From Candidatus Binataceae bacterium (lineage in GTDB: Bacteria; Desulfobacterota; Binatia; Binatales; Binataceae), in the NCBI GenBank assembly GCA_035493515.1, contig DATJID010000007.1, positions 55 to 64,054 of the forward strand: 64,000 nt of DNA, read 5' to 3'. Each line of letters opens with the position of its first letter. The stretch's first letter is position 1. A program made the translations under genes and the position numbers. This document shows positions 8,624 to 19,204 of this stretch, one piece after another. Below the pieces are notes generated by a model, which searched no databases, was not told where the DNA came from, and saw nothing but the letters and a program-made list of their open reading frames with translations.

Positions 8624-9771
8624 TTGCCACGCACCCGGCGCACGGCCTGCTCGCGGGCCGGCTCCTCGTCTGCCTGGGCCCGGGCGGCGTAGGCAAGACC
8701 ACCGTCAGTGCCGCGCTAGCGCTTAGCGCCGCGATGGCCGGGCGGCGGGTCGACGTGATGACCGTCGACCCGGCGCCGCGCCTGCTCGACGCGCTGGGGC
8801 TCGGCGGCGTCGACGCCGCCGAGCCCCGCGGAGTGCCGCTGGAGGGTTTGGCAGCCACGCAAGCCATCAACCAGGCGGAGGGCGATGCGGCGGGTGCGCG
8901 CAGGCGTCCCGCGCGACCCGCCGGACGCCTGCGCGCACTGCGCCTGGACCCCAAGCGCACCTTCGACGCGATCGTCGCGCGCCACGCGCCCTCGCCCGCC
9001 GCCGCCGACGCGATCATGCAAAACCGCATCTACCGCAATCTCTCGCAGGCGCTGGCCGGAGTCGGCGATTATATGGCGATGGAGCGGCTGCTCGAACTCA
9101 GCGAGGAGTCGACGACCAACCTGGTGGTGCTCGACACGCCGCCCGCGCGCGAGGCGTTGGACTTCCTCGACGCGCCGCGTCGCCTGCTCGACCTGCTCAA
9201 CTCGCGCGCGGTGACCCTGCTCGGCGGCGGGATGCGCCGCGGATTCAGCGTCGTTGACCTCGCCGCGCGCGCCGTGCTCTCAGCCTTCGACCGGCTGACG
9301 GGACTGCATCTGCTAGGCGACGTGCAAGCCTTCGTGCGTAGCTTCGACGGGATGTATGCGGGATTCGCCGAACGGGCCGGGCGCGCGCAGCGACTCCTCG
9401 TTGCCAGCGACACCGCGGTGGTCGTCGTCACCACGGCTGAGCCCGAGCGCATCGCGCAGGCGCACGAGTTCCTCGACGCACTGCGCGCGGCTGGAATCGA
9501 GCCGCGGGCGGTAATTATCAATCGCACGCTGCCCACGATTCCGTCGATGGGGCAGATCAGGCGCGCGCCGCTCGGACCGGCGCTAAGGCGCAAACTCATC
9601 CGCGCGGCCGGAGAGTTCGCCGCGTTGCGCCAGCGCGAAGCCGCGGCGATAGCTTCCCTGCGCGCCGGCGGATTGCCGCAACTGGAACTCGCCGCGTCGC
9701 CCGATCTCGGACGAGAACCGATCGACCTTGCTGATCTCGCCTGGCTGGGGCAGAGTCTGGAAATTCTATAA
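8620..9771 (+). CDS. ArsA/Get3-like P-loop ATPase (second of a pair)
   Basis: VCLGPGGVGKTTVSAALAL...TVDPAPRLLDALGL, typical of the ArsA_ATPase family. ATGA overlap with the upstream ATPase gene. Confidence 0.85.
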   Translation: MIATHPAHGLLAGRLLVCLGPGGVGKTTVSAALALSAAMAGRRVDVMTVDPAPRLLDALGLGGVDAAEPRGVPLEGLAATQAINQAEGDAAGARRRPARPAGRLRALRLDPKRTFDAIVARHAPSPAAADAIMQNRIYRNLSQALAGVGDYMAMERLLELSEESTTNLVVLDTPPAREALDFLDAPRRLLDLLNSRAVTLLGGGMRRGFSVVDLAARAVLSAFDRLTGLHLLGDVQAFVRSFDGMYAGFAERAGRAQRLLVASDTAVVVVTTAEPERIAQAHEFLDALRAAGIEPRAVIINRTLPTIPSMGQIRRAPLGPALRRKLIRAAGEFAALRQREAAAIASLRAGGLPQLELAASPDLGREPIDLADLAWLGQSLEIL

Positions 9772-9820
9772 ATGCGGTGCGCGCGGACGGATTTGCTAAA
9801 GCCAGGCCGGGCCAGCAGGG

Positions 9821-10258
9821 TCAGTCGGAATTGCTGCCGCCGCGACGGCTTTTGCGCCGGCGCGGCACCGGACGCGGCCCCGCGGGCGCCGGCCGAACTG
9901 GCCGAACCGGCGTGGCCGGATCCGCAGCGCGGACGTGGCGCGGCGCAGGCGTATCGTCCGCCGCCAGCATCCGGTCGATCTTGATGCTAAGGTTGACCAA
10001 TTGGCTGGACAGCGTATCGAGCCGGGATTTGAGTTCGCGGATGTCGCGTTTGGACGGGATGTTGACGAAGTCGAGAACAGTCTCGACGTTGCGATCGAAA
10101 ACGTGCTTGTTGGCCATCAATCGTTCTCCCGCGCGGCCCAACCCCTTGCGCATCCGTTCGTTGGCCATCAGCTCGCCCATCACGCTCCCCAGTCCTTCTT
10201 CGCTCATCTGGCGCAGCTTGGAAATGATATTTTCGGCGTCTCGGCGTGCCATCACCAA
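9821..10258 (-). CDS. phasin-like (PHA granule-associated protein family) protein with basic Pro-rich tail
   Basis: VLDFVNIPSKRDIRELKSRLDTLSSQL resembles the conserved ..L..LN(I/V)PS(R/K)(K/D)(I/V)E.L..(R/K)(I/L)..L core of TIGR01837-type phasins (from memory). Confidence 0.5.
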   Translation of the reverse strand: MVMARRDAENIISKLRQMSEEGLGSVMGELMANERMRKGLGRAGERLMANKHVFDRNVETVLDFVNIPSKRDIRELKSRLDTLSSQLVNLSIKIDRMLAADDTPAPRHVRAADPATPVRPVRPAPAGPRPVPRRRKSRRGGSNSD

Positions 10259-10368
10259 TCACTATAGTCCCGCCGGGCAGCGCCGCAAGCCAACCTCCAA
10301 GGCCGGCCTGAAACCGCCAACGTGCAACCTATCGTCAAATATGGACGTAATGACCCACGCGTGATCTA

Positions 10369-10635
10369 ATGTGGACGATTGCGACCATCCTCAATGTGAC
10401 CTCCGGCTTCGCCCTGATGCGTTATCGTGGGGGAGCGGCCGAGATCATCGCAACCTCGCTGATCATTGACGCGGCATTGGCGCCGCTCACCGCGACGATC
10501 GCCTCGCGCCGCGGCCGTTCGCTGGTGATTTGGTCGCTGCTCGGCTTCGCCTTCGGGATGTGGGCGCTCGCGGCGGCTCTGATCATACGTCCGCGCATCG
10601 CGGCCGTGCCGCCGCCTACTTCTGATGCCGCCTGA
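10369..10635 (+). CDS. hypothetical small membrane protein
   Basis: 88-aa ORF with about three hydrophobic helices. The competing antisense ORFs are Arg-rich junk. Confidence 0.4.
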   Translation: MWTIATILNVTSGFALMRYRGGAAEIIATSLIIDAALAPLTATIASRRGRSLVIWSLLGFAFGMWALAAALIIRPRIAAVPPPTSDAA

Positions 10636-11788
10636 GCCAGGCGAGCAGCGGTGCGTAAACTTCGCTCTCTGCATGCGTGCCGCAGATAACGTCGAGGTGG
10701 CCCCACCCATCCAGCCGTTTGACAGTTACCTCGGTGTTGCCTGTAGCGGTCGCCGACTCGACGACCATCGCGGGCCACTTGGCGGAGATGTTGGTACTGG
10801 CGAACGCAATCACGGGAATTTTTGAGGCCCTTAGCCTCGCCAGCGCGCTCGCGTCGAATGGATTGTCATAGTCCTGCACCGCCGGCCACCATCGGTCGTA
10901 CCCAATCAGCACTCGCGCCAGCACCGAGGGGTCCGAAAATCCGCCTTGCGGATTAGCGAGGCCGCCATGTCCTCCGAACAGGCCGTCCGCGTCATAGACT
11001 ACGTGCTCGAGATTTTCGGCTGCGGTTTTATATTTCTGCAGTGGCGCCGGACCGCCGGGATCGCGAATCACCGCCTCCATCAGCGCGCGGCGCTTCTCAT
11101 AGGTTAGATGGCGTCCGCCAATATCGTCGGCGACGCGCCCCGCGGGCATCGCTCGCGCGGGAACGCGCGGAATGAACCCGTCGAGGATCGCGAGTCCCGC
11201 CACGCGCTGCGGATGCATCGCCGCGAACAGGTAGGCGAAGCTCGCGCCGCGGCTGAACCCTGCGATAAAGACCCTTCCCGCATGCGTCCGGACGCTGACG
11301 AATGCGGCCGCCGCTTCGACGTCGCCCTCGAAGACGCGGTTCGTCCATCCGGCCATAACGGCGAGCTTTTCGGCCGGTGTGCCGGAGGGGACGAAGTGGG
11401 TGCGATAGTCCATCGCCCACACGTCCACGCCGTGCGCCGCCAGATAAAGCGGCATCGAGTAGCGAAGATCATCGACCGCGACCTCGCCATTCATATTGGT
11501 GCCGGGAAGGTAAAGCATTACGATTCCCGGAAACGCGGGCGCAGCCGGACCGCTCGCTATTCGATGGAGCCCGACACGATCGAACGGCGACGGCCCGCGC
11601 TTCGCGACAAAATGCCATTGGTAAATTCCGGGCGCGCCGGTTAGCGCGAGTGGCGCGCCGACTTGCGAAAATTCCTGCTGCGCGGGCGCCGCGAATGCGT
11701 GGCCCCATTCGCCGGCAACAGTCGCGACCGCGAGCATCAGCGCCACGCCAAAGGCGATCGCGATTCGCCCTCTCATTTCGATATGCAT
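10616..11788 (-). CDS. secreted alpha/beta hydrolase (lipase/esterase-like)
   Basis: N-terminal signal peptide (IAIAFGVALMLAVATVAG..AFA) and GFSRGAS nucleophile elbow. Confidence 0.75.
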   Translation of the reverse strand: MHIEMRGRIAIAFGVALMLAVATVAGEWGHAFAAPAQQEFSQVGAPLALTGAPGIYQWHFVAKRGPSPFDRVGLHRIASGPAAPAFPGIVMLYLPGTNMNGEVAVDDLRYSMPLYLAAHGVDVWAMDYRTHFVPSGTPAEKLAVMAGWTNRVFEGDVEAAAAFVSVRTHAGRVFIAGFSRGASFAYLFAAMHPQRVAGLAILDGFIPRVPARAMPAGRVADDIGGRHLTYEKRRALMEAVIRDPGGPAPLQKYKTAAENLEHVVYDADGLFGGHGGLANPQGGFSDPSVLARVLIGYDRWWPAVQDYDNPFDASALARLRASKIPVIAFASTNISAKWPAMVVESATATGNTEVTVKRLDGWGHLDVICGTHAESEVYAPLLAWLRRHQK

Positions 11789-11916
11789 CCGCGCAGTAAA
11801 ACAGTAAAAGAGAAACGGTAAAAGAAATCGTCTCTGATTAAACCATCGAGCGACTGTCGCAGGGTTAGGCCGGGAGCTTTGAGTCCAGATTTCCTGGGGC
11901 CAGGAGTTTTAATGCG

Positions 11917-12837
11917 ATGAGCGGAAAAATCGAATTCGCGTTCTGGTCGCCGCAAGCCGGCGCCACCGTCAAGATACTGCTCGACCGGGCCGAGATGGCC
12001 GAGCGCTTGGGCTATCATTCGTTCTGGCTGGTCGATCATTTCTGGACCCTGGGCCTCCCCGACGTTGACCTGCTCGAGGCGATTACCATGATGAGCGCGA
12101 TCGCCGCGCGCACCGAGCGCGTACGGATCGGAACGCTGGTGTTGTGCAACTCCTTTCGCAACCCGGCGCTGCTGGCCAAGTCGCTCACCACTATCGACCA
12201 AATCTCCAACGGCCGGCTCGAAGTAGGCTTGGGCGCGGGCTGGATGGAACAGGAGTACCGCGCCAACGGTTACGAGTTTCCGTCGGTTGGCACCCGCCTG
12301 CGCCAACTCGAGGAAGGCCTGCAGATCCTGAAGGCGATGTTCACCGAAAACCGCGCCACCTTCAAAGGCCGCTACTACGCGGTCGCCGATGCGCCCAACA
12401 ATCCCAAGCCCGTGCAGAAACCGCATCCGCCGATCATGATCGGCGGCGCCGGGGAAAAGGTGATGCTGCGGCTGGTCGCGAAGTACGCCGATCGCTGGAA
12501 CTGCCCGGCCGGCTATCGTGACTTCAAACGAACCCTCGGCGTGCTGCACGAGCACTGCCGCGCGGTCGCGCGCGACCCTGGGGAAATCACGGTCTCCGAG
12601 CAGGTGATGGTTTGTATCGGCGCGAACAAGGCCGAAGTCGATCAGAAGTGGGAGATGGTAAAGGGGCGCAAGCCGTTTTCGTTCACCGCGATAAGGGGCA
12701 CGCCCGACGAGGTGGTCAAGCAATTGCGCGAGCGCGTCGCGTGGGGCATCACGATGTTCACCATGATGTTCGCCGACATGGGGCCGCCCCAGACGGTCGA
12801 GCTGTTCGCGCGCGAGGTGATGCCGGCGTTCGCCTAG
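11917..12837 (+). CDS. LLM-class (luciferase-like) F420/flavin-dependent oxidoreductase
   Basis: 306 aa with GYHSFWLVDH, RLEVGLGAGW and KPVQKPHPPIMIGG motifs typical of the family. Confidence 0.85.
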   Translation: MSGKIEFAFWSPQAGATVKILLDRAEMAERLGYHSFWLVDHFWTLGLPDVDLLEAITMMSAIAARTERVRIGTLVLCNSFRNPALLAKSLTTIDQISNGRLEVGLGAGWMEQEYRANGYEFPSVGTRLRQLEEGLQILKAMFTENRATFKGRYYAVADAPNNPKPVQKPHPPIMIGGAGEKVMLRLVAKYADRWNCPAGYRDFKRTLGVLHEHCRAVARDPGEITVSEQVMVCIGANKAEVDQKWEMVKGRKPFSFTAIRGTPDEVVKQLRERVAWGITMFTMMFADMGPPQTVELFAREVMPAFA

Positions 12838-13189
12838 CCACCCAGAGGCGGAACGACAGATGGCCCGCGTCGCACCTTACCGCATCGGGCGCGCCGTCGA
12901 GCGCCTTTGCTTGATCGGCCGGAAGCGGGCTGATTGCCGTCATATTGAGAAGCGCTCGCAACGTCCATGCGCTCGCAGCTCACGCTTTCATCGCTCGTTT
13001 ATCGCCACCCAAAAAAGCTTTTCAGTAAGATTTCCCGACACCATTGGAAGGAATCCAGGGTCGCCTATGCGTTCGCTTGTTTTCTGGCATTATTTAGCAC
13101 TTAAAGTGCGGAATAATTCTTGCGTTCATCGTCCCCGACACGAATTAGCTTATCGTCATCCACCACAATTCTCGAGATGGAGGCTTAAT

Positions 13190-14254
13190 ATGCAAGGTTC
13201 GACTTCTCATTCTGAGGCTCTTATCAACTATAGGCGGAGTTCGTCGATCTTGCGACTGTTTTTGGCCGCATCATTGGCGCTGTTGTGGCTGGTAGCCGGT
13301 GGAGGTTCGGCCCCCGCTCGCGCGCAGGGTCCCGCGTTATGGATGGCCAGCCCGTCACAGGGCGCCGGAACCGTTGGCGGCCTAATCGAGATACGGCCCT
13401 ACTGGTTAACGGTCAGCGGCGCACCACACCAGGTCAAGCTCGTCAGCGGGGCCGCTCCCCTGGCGAATGCGGCCGGTCTTGCATTCGCCCCTAGCGGGGC
13501 GGTGTGGGTGAGCACGCTTGACAACAGGATTCTGAAGTTCAGTCCAGGGCAGCTGTCGAATCTGGCGATTAACCCAAATCCCACGCCAGCGAGAAGGTTC
13601 AGAAACACTGCCGCCTTGGGAGTTAGTATTGGCTGCGCCTTCGATTCGCACGTCAACCTCTGGATCGTCGACAATGGGGACGCGATACATGAGATATCGC
13701 ATGCGCAGTTGGCTGGTGCTTCCGGACCCATCACTCCCGCAGTGACAATCACGAATAGTACCGATCTGACCTCACCTTCCTTTGCGCTCTTTGATTCGGC
13801 CGGCAACCTCTGGATATCGAGCCTGGACAATGGCCACCTTGTGAGATTCAGCGCCGCCCAACTGACCATGTCCGGTTCGCCGACGCCTCCCGTCATTATT
13901 TCCAGTAACGACCTCAATGAGCCGGGACAAATGGCGTTCGACAGCTCCGGCAATCTTTGGGTCGCGAATGCCGGCAATTCGACCGTGGTCAGTTTCACGC
14001 CGGCGCAACTGAGCGCGTCGGGCGCTCCTCCGGCGACCGTGGTGCTCGGCGATGACGGCTCTGGCAGCCTCTCCACCCCGTGGGGATTGACCTTCGACTC
14101 CAGTAACAGGCTGTGGGTGTCCAATTACACCACGGGCACTCTTTCGAAATACGGCCCGGGCCAGTTGACGGTCAGCGGCTCGCCTACGCCGCGCAAGTCC
14201 CTTACCAACCTGCCTCTGTTCGCGGCCCAAATCACTTTTGGACCGCGCTATTAG
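13190..14254 (+). CDS. secreted NHL-repeat beta-propeller protein
   Basis: ATG at 13190 preceded by GGAGG. Signal peptide ends in ARAQG. Repeated P..(A/L)FDS.GNLW(V/I) blades. The track ORF start at 12860 is an upstream in-frame extension. Confidence 0.7.
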   Translation: MQGSTSHSEALINYRRSSSILRLFLAASLALLWLVAGGGSAPARAQGPALWMASPSQGAGTVGGLIEIRPYWLTVSGAPHQVKLVSGAAPLANAAGLAFAPSGAVWVSTLDNRILKFSPGQLSNLAINPNPTPARRFRNTAALGVSIGCAFDSHVNLWIVDNGDAIHEISHAQLAGASGPITPAVTITNSTDLTSPSFALFDSAGNLWISSLDNGHLVRFSAAQLTMSGSPTPPVIISSNDLNEPGQMAFDSSGNLWVANAGNSTVVSFTPAQLSASGAPPATVVLGDDGSGSLSTPWGLTFDSSNRLWVSNYTTGTLSKYGPGQLTVSGSPTPRKSLTNLPLFAAQITFGPRY

Positions 14255-14277
14255 TACCTGTAAAACCGCAAGCGCAG

Positions 14278-14310
14278 GGAGCGCCGAAGGAAACAAGCCT
14301 TCGGCGCTTC
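14278..14310 (+). terminator. stem-loop terminator candidate after the NHL gene
   Basis: GCGCCGAAGG-AAACAAG-CCTTCGGCGC, a perfect 10-bp stem followed by TTCC (weak U-tract). Confidence 0.5.
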
Positions 14311-14510
14311 CTCGCTCGGTCCGCCGCGCAATTGCTGAGATTGGTCGCTCCGAGCGCAGCTTGACACTCCATAAAGCCGGCGCGAAGCTCACCTGAGTTT
14401 CGCGGCCGTGCCGCGATGGTTGAAGTAACCGCGCGCGGCGCATCCACCGTCGCGCCGCCCTACCTCCATCGCCGTGGTTCGTCCGCCGCTCATACCGGAG
14501 GAATCTCGGG

Positions 14511-16220
14511 ATGGCCTACGACCTGTTGATCCGCAACGCCATCATCTGCGACGGTACCGGCGCGCCAGTGCGTCACGGCGCGCTCGCGGTGAAGGACGGC
14601 AAAATAGCCGCGGTCGGTGATGCGGGCGGCACGGCGCGGCGCGAGATCGACGCCGGCGGCGCAGTGCTCGCGCCCGGCTTCATCGACATCCATACGCATT
14701 ACGACGCGCAGATTTCGTGGGACTCGCTACTCACCTGCTCGTCGTGGCACGGCGTCACCACGCTGCTGATGGGCAACTGCGGAGTCGGCGTCGCGCCCTG
14801 CCGCCCCGGGCAGCAGTCCACGATGGCGTGGGACCTGGTCAACGTCGAGGCGCTGCCGCATGAGGTGCTGATGCGCGGGGTGGCGTGGGACTGGGAAAGC
14901 TTTCCGCAGTACATGGCGGCCATCGAGCGGCGCGGAGTCGCGCTCAACGTCGGCTTCCTGATGCCGCTTTCGGCGCTGCGCTACTACGTCATCGGTGAGG
15001 AAGCAGCGGAGCGCGCCGCGACCGAGGCCGAGACGGCCGAGATGGCGCGTCTGTATTGCGAGGCGCTCCGCGCCGGCGCCGCCGGATGCTCGTTGAGCCT
15101 CGCGCCCCAGCATATCGGCTTTCAGGGCCGTCCGTTGGCGAGCCGGATGGCGAGTGACGATGAGCTGCGCGCGCTATGCCGCGCGATGCGCGAGCTTAAC
15201 CGCGGAGTTATCGAGATTCTGCCCAACCGCGGCTCGACCAGCGTGCCCAACGAGGGCGGCTTCGACCTGCTTACGATGCTGGCGCGCGAGAGCACGCGAC
15301 CGGTGACGTGGCTAGCGCTGCTCGACCTGCCCGGAACGCCGCCCGACGCGCATCAGCATACGGTCGAGCGTCTGGCGCCGCTGCTCCAAAGCGGGCTCAG
15401 GATACTGCCGCAGGTCACGCCACGGCCGATTCAGCAGTATTACACGATGCGCGAGCCGTTCATCTTTGCCGCGCTCGATTCGTGGAAGGGCATCTTCAAC
15501 CGCGGCGCCGAGGAGCAGATGGCGCTTGTAGGCTCGGCGGATTTCCGCGCCGCGTTCCGCAACGAAATCAAAGGCGGCGGTGGCAATGCGATTTTTCGCG
15601 GCCGCTGGGATCGCGTACACATCGCCCGCGTGGAGAACCAGCGCAATCGCCGTTTTCTCAACCTGAGCGTCGCCGACCTCGCCGCCGCCACCGGCAAGGA
15701 CCCTGTCGATGCGCTGCTCGACCTCGCGCTGGATGAGCGGATGGAACTGGGCGTGACGCTCTCGGTGATTAACGTCAATCCCGACGTCGTGAGCCGCATC
15801 CTCAAACTGCCCAATACGCTAATCGGGCTGAGCGACGCGGGCGCTCACGTCGCGCAGCATTGCGACGCTGGCCTGACTTCGTACCTGCTGCACGAATGGG
15901 TGCATCGGCGCGGCGTGCTGACGCTCGAAGACGCCGTGCGGCGGCTAACCTCTGAACTCGCGGATTTTCTCGAGCTGCGTACCAAGGGACGGGTGGCGCC
16001 GGGGATGGATGCCGACCTGGTGATTTTCGATCCGGCCACGATAAAGGCGCTCAAGCCCGAGTGGGTCAACGATTTGCCCGGCGGCGAGCCCCGGCTAATC
16101 GAGCGCGCGGAGGGAATCGAATACACGATCGTCGGCGGCGAAGTGCTCTTCGCGCACGACCAATACCAGGGCGGCTTGCCGGGCAAAGTGATGCGTACGG
16201 TTTCGCAAACCGGCGCTTGA
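14511..16220 (+). CDS. N-acyl-D-amino-acid deacylase (D-aminoacylase) family amidohydrolase
   Basis: DLLIRNAIICDGTG...VLAPGFIDIHTHYD N-terminus; 569 aa; GGAGG RBS. Confidence 0.85.
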   Translation: MAYDLLIRNAIICDGTGAPVRHGALAVKDGKIAAVGDAGGTARREIDAGGAVLAPGFIDIHTHYDAQISWDSLLTCSSWHGVTTLLMGNCGVGVAPCRPGQQSTMAWDLVNVEALPHEVLMRGVAWDWESFPQYMAAIERRGVALNVGFLMPLSALRYYVIGEEAAERAATEAETAEMARLYCEALRAGAAGCSLSLAPQHIGFQGRPLASRMASDDELRALCRAMRELNRGVIEILPNRGSTSVPNEGGFDLLTMLARESTRPVTWLALLDLPGTPPDAHQHTVERLAPLLQSGLRILPQVTPRPIQQYYTMREPFIFAALDSWKGIFNRGAEEQMALVGSADFRAAFRNEIKGGGGNAIFRGRWDRVHIARVENQRNRRFLNLSVADLAAATGKDPVDALLDLALDERMELGVTLSVINVNPDVVSRILKLPNTLIGLSDAGAHVAQHCDAGLTSYLLHEWVHRRGVLTLEDAVRRLTSELADFLELRTKGRVAPGMDADLVIFDPATIKALKPEWVNDLPGGEPRLIERAEGIEYTIVGGEVLFAHDQYQGGLPGKVMRTVSQTGA

Positions 16221-16273
16221 GGCTATGCATTGAACCGCGTCCGAACACCCCAGCGAAGCGGAGTTGATAAGCG

Positions 16274-17824
16274 ATGAATGGAGCCGAGAGCCTGATCCTG
16301 ACCGCGCTCAATTGCGGCGTCGAGGTCTGTTTCGCCAACCCCGGCACCACCGAGATGCCGCTGGTCGCCGCGCTCGACGGCGCGCCCCGGATGCGCGCCG
16401 TGCTGGCGCTGTTCGAAGGCGTCGTCACCGGCGCCGCCGACGGCTACGCGCGAATGGCCGGCCGGCCCGCGCTCACGCTGACCCATCTCGGACCGGGCTT
16501 CGCCAACGGAATCGCCAATCTGCACAACGCGCGGCGCGCCCACTCGCCGATCGTCAACGTGATTGGCGACCATGCGACTTGGCATCTGAAGGCCGACGCG
16601 CCGCTCACCTCCGATATCGAGTCCCTGGCTCGCCCGGTCTCTTCATGGGTGCGCCACTCGGGCAGCGCGGCCGAGATCGCCGTGGACACGTCCGAGGCGG
16701 TCGCCGAGGCAATGCGATTCCCGGGCCATACGTCGACCCTTATCGTACCCGCCGATTGCCAATGGACCGAGGCCGGTGCGGCCGCCGGGCCGCGCCCGGT
16801 CGCGGAGCCGGCGGCGGCGCCGGATAGCGGCGTCCGCGCGGCGGCCGAGGCACTGCGGCGCGACGGCGCGAACAGCGTGCTCTTCATGGGCGGAGCGGCG
16901 CTTCGCGAGCGAGGCCTGCGGGCCGCGGCGCGAATCGCCGCGGCCAGCGGATGCCGCCTGATGTGCGAGACTTTCCCCGCGCGCGTCGAGCGCGGCGGCG
17001 CGATGCCGGCGGTCGAAAAGCTGCCCTACTTTCCCGAAATGGCGCTGGATGCGCTCTCGAAATCGGCTTCGGTCATCCTGGCGGGCGCGTGCGCGCCGGT
17101 CGCGTTTTTCGGCTATCCCAAGATGCCGAGCAGCCTGATTCCCGAGGGCCGGAACGTCACCACGCTGGCGACGCTGGAACAGGATTCCGCGCTCGCGCTC
17201 GAAGCACTGGCCGAACTTATCGGTGCGCCCAAAGCCGCCCCCGCACTGGCCGCGAAGAGCGCTGCCGCGCGGCCGACAGGGGCGCTCGACGCTACCACGA
17301 TCGGCGCGGCGGTCGCGGCCGCGATGCCCGAGAATGCGATCGTTATGGACGAGGCTGCGACCACCGGGTTGCCGTTCTTCGGCGCCTCCTTGAGCGCGCC
17401 CGCGCATACCTATCTCGCGCTGACCGGCGGCGCTATCGGCCAGGGCCTGCCATGCGCAACCGGTGCCGCGGTCGCCTGTCCTGACCGCCGCGTGATCTCG
17501 TTTCAGGCCGACGGAAGCGGAATGTACACGGTGCAGGCGCTATGGACGCAGGCGCGCGAAGGGCTCAACGTCACGACGCTTCTGTGCAACAACCGTCGTT
17601 ACCGAATCCTGCAAGTCGAACTCGCGCGCGCCGGCATCACGGAGCCCGGCACCACGGCGCGCTCGCTCACCAGCCTGGGCAATCCGAACCTCGACTGGGT
17701 GGCGCTCGCCAAGGGGATGGGCGTGCCGGGGGTGCGGGTCGAAACGGCCGAGGCGCTCGCGCGGGAATTGGAGCGCGCGCTTAAGGAGCCGGGCCCCAAA
17801 ATGATCGAGATGCTGATGGCGTAA
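16274..17824 (+). CDS. thiamine-pyrophosphate-dependent enzyme (acetolactate synthase large subunit / benzoylformate decarboxylase-like)
   Basis: N-terminal Pyr domain ([11 protein letters not shown]...GYARMAG) and C-terminal TPP-binding motif ([10 protein letters not shown]...LLCNN). Confidence 0.85.
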   Translation: MNGAESLILTALNCGVEVCFANPGTTEMPLVAALDGAPRMRAVLALFEGVVTGAADGYARMAGRPALTLTHLGPGFANGIANLHNARRAHSPIVNVIGDHATWHLKADAPLTSDIESLARPVSSWVRHSGSAAEIAVDTSEAVAEAMRFPGHTSTLIVPADCQWTEAGAAAGPRPVAEPAAAPDSGVRAAAEALRRDGANSVLFMGGAALRERGLRAAARIAAASGCRLMCETFPARVERGGAMPAVEKLPYFPEMALDALSKSASVILAGACAPVAFFGYPKMPSSLIPEGRNVTTLATLEQDSALALEALAELIGAPKAAPALAAKSAAARPTGALDATTIGAAVAAAMPENAIVMDEAATTGLPFFGASLSAPAHTYLALTGGAIGQGLPCATGAAVACPDRRVISFQADGSGMYTVQALWTQAREGLNVTTLLCNNRRYRILQVELARAGITEPGTTARSLTSLGNPNLDWVALAKGMGVPGVRVETAEALARELERALKEPGPKMIEMLMA

Positions 17825-17910
17825 AACGAGGTAGTCGTAAAGCCTGACGATCGCGCGGGGATGCATCTGTCGCGGCTCCGTCCGGCGGGAATTTCGAGGA
17901 GGTAACTTCG

Positions 17911-19164
17911 ATGGGCGCAGGCGAATCCACGGGATCCACGGGAAGAGCCGCTGGTGCAGGCAGGCCGGGCGCATCCTCGAGCCGGCAATGGGCGCCATAC
18001 CTGGAGGCCGCGTGCGGCTTCAAGAATCATTGGTACCCGGCGCTGTTCAGTCACGAACTCAAGGACAACGACGTCAAGGGCGTACTGATCGCGGGCCACG
18101 AGATCGCGCTCCGCCGCGCCAGGGGCAAGACTTACGCACTGCAGGACCGCTGTCTGCATCGCGGCGTGAAAATGTCGCGCCGGCCGCTCTGTCTGAGCGA
18201 CGAGCTTATGAGCTGCTGGTACCACGGCTACAGCTACGGCCTCGAAGACGGCGTCCTGCGGACCATCGTGGCGTCGCCCGACGATCCGATTCTGGGCAAA
18301 GTGCGGATCCGCACCTACCCGGTCGAAGAGCACAACGGCATGATCTTCGTCTTCGTCGGTGACGAGGACTACCAACCCGTGCCATCACTGTCATCCGACC
18401 TGCCGCTTAGAATCGGCGCCGACGAAGACCCCAACGCCGTCGCCTACATTCTCGACCAGCAGGTCTTCGTCCGCGGGATTCATCGCACCGGCAATTCCAA
18501 CTGGCGCCTGGCGGTCGAAAACGGTTACGACCCGGGCCACTGGCTCGTGCACATGGGCAACACGATTATCGCGAGCGCCGACGTGTTGTTTCCGCTCGGC
18601 GCGCAGCCCGTTTCGGACGAGGCGGTCCGCGTGGTCGAGGAAGAGGACGGTCCCAAAGGCGTAATGATGATGTACAACCGGCCCCAGGCCTGGAACATGG
18701 TGCTCGAAAATCCGCTCCTCGGGCTGAAGGCGCGCGGCACCAAGCCTTACTACCTGCGCACCTCGATGTATGTGCCCGGTGTGCTGTTGGTTGAGCACTG
18801 GCCGATTCCGGGTTGGGCGCAATACGAATGGTACGTTCCCACCGACGAGACGCATCACGAGTACTGGGAAATCCTGGTCGCGCATTGCCGCAGCGAGGCG
18901 GACCTGAAGGACGCCGAGTATCGATACAACAACGTGTTCGAACCACTCGCGCTGCGCGATTTCAATGACAACGATCTGTTCGCGCGCGAGGCGATGCAGG
19001 ATTTCTATGAGCACGGCGACGGCTGGAACAAAGAGGTCCTGTGCCAACTGGACAACGCCTTGACGGCGTGGCGCAAGGTCGCGTCGCGTTACAACCGCGG
19101 GATCCAGGAACGGCCGGCCATCCGTCAGATGAACGGCGGCGGCAGCGGCAACGGGCATCGCTGA
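17911..19164 (+). CDS. Rieske [2Fe-2S] non-heme-iron oxygenase, alpha-subunit type
   Basis: CLHRG...18 aa...CWYHG Rieske motif; GAGGAGG RBS 8 nt upstream of the ATG. Confidence 0.85.
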   Translation: MGAGESTGSTGRAAGAGRPGASSSRQWAPYLEAACGFKNHWYPALFSHELKDNDVKGVLIAGHEIALRRARGKTYALQDRCLHRGVKMSRRPLCLSDELMSCWYHGYSYGLEDGVLRTIVASPDDPILGKVRIRTYPVEEHNGMIFVFVGDEDYQPVPSLSSDLPLRIGADEDPNAVAYILDQQVFVRGIHRTGNSNWRLAVENGYDPGHWLVHMGNTIIASADVLFPLGAQPVSDEAVRVVEEEDGPKGVMMMYNRPQAWNMVLENPLLGLKARGTKPYYLRTSMYVPGVLLVEHWPIPGWAQYEWYVPTDETHHEYWEILVAHCRSEADLKDAEYRYNNVFEPLALRDFNDNDLFAREAMQDFYEHGDGWNKEVLCQLDNALTAWRKVASRYNRGIQERPAIRQMNGGGSGNGHR

Positions 19165-19204
19165 GGCGAAGTGCAGAGCGGCGGACGCCGCAGGAGTGAC
19201 TTCG

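Noticed and set aside
13085-13099. TGGCAT-N5-AGCA resembling a sigma-54 promoter upstream of the NHL gene.
   Set aside because: The GG-to-GC spacing is 9 rather than 10 nt and the -12 element is poor.
12860-13189. 5' extension of the NHL-repeat ORF (track start 12860).
   Set aside because: The extension translates to non-protein-like sequence across an AT-rich spacer. ATG 13190 has a GGAGG RBS and is followed by a signal peptide.
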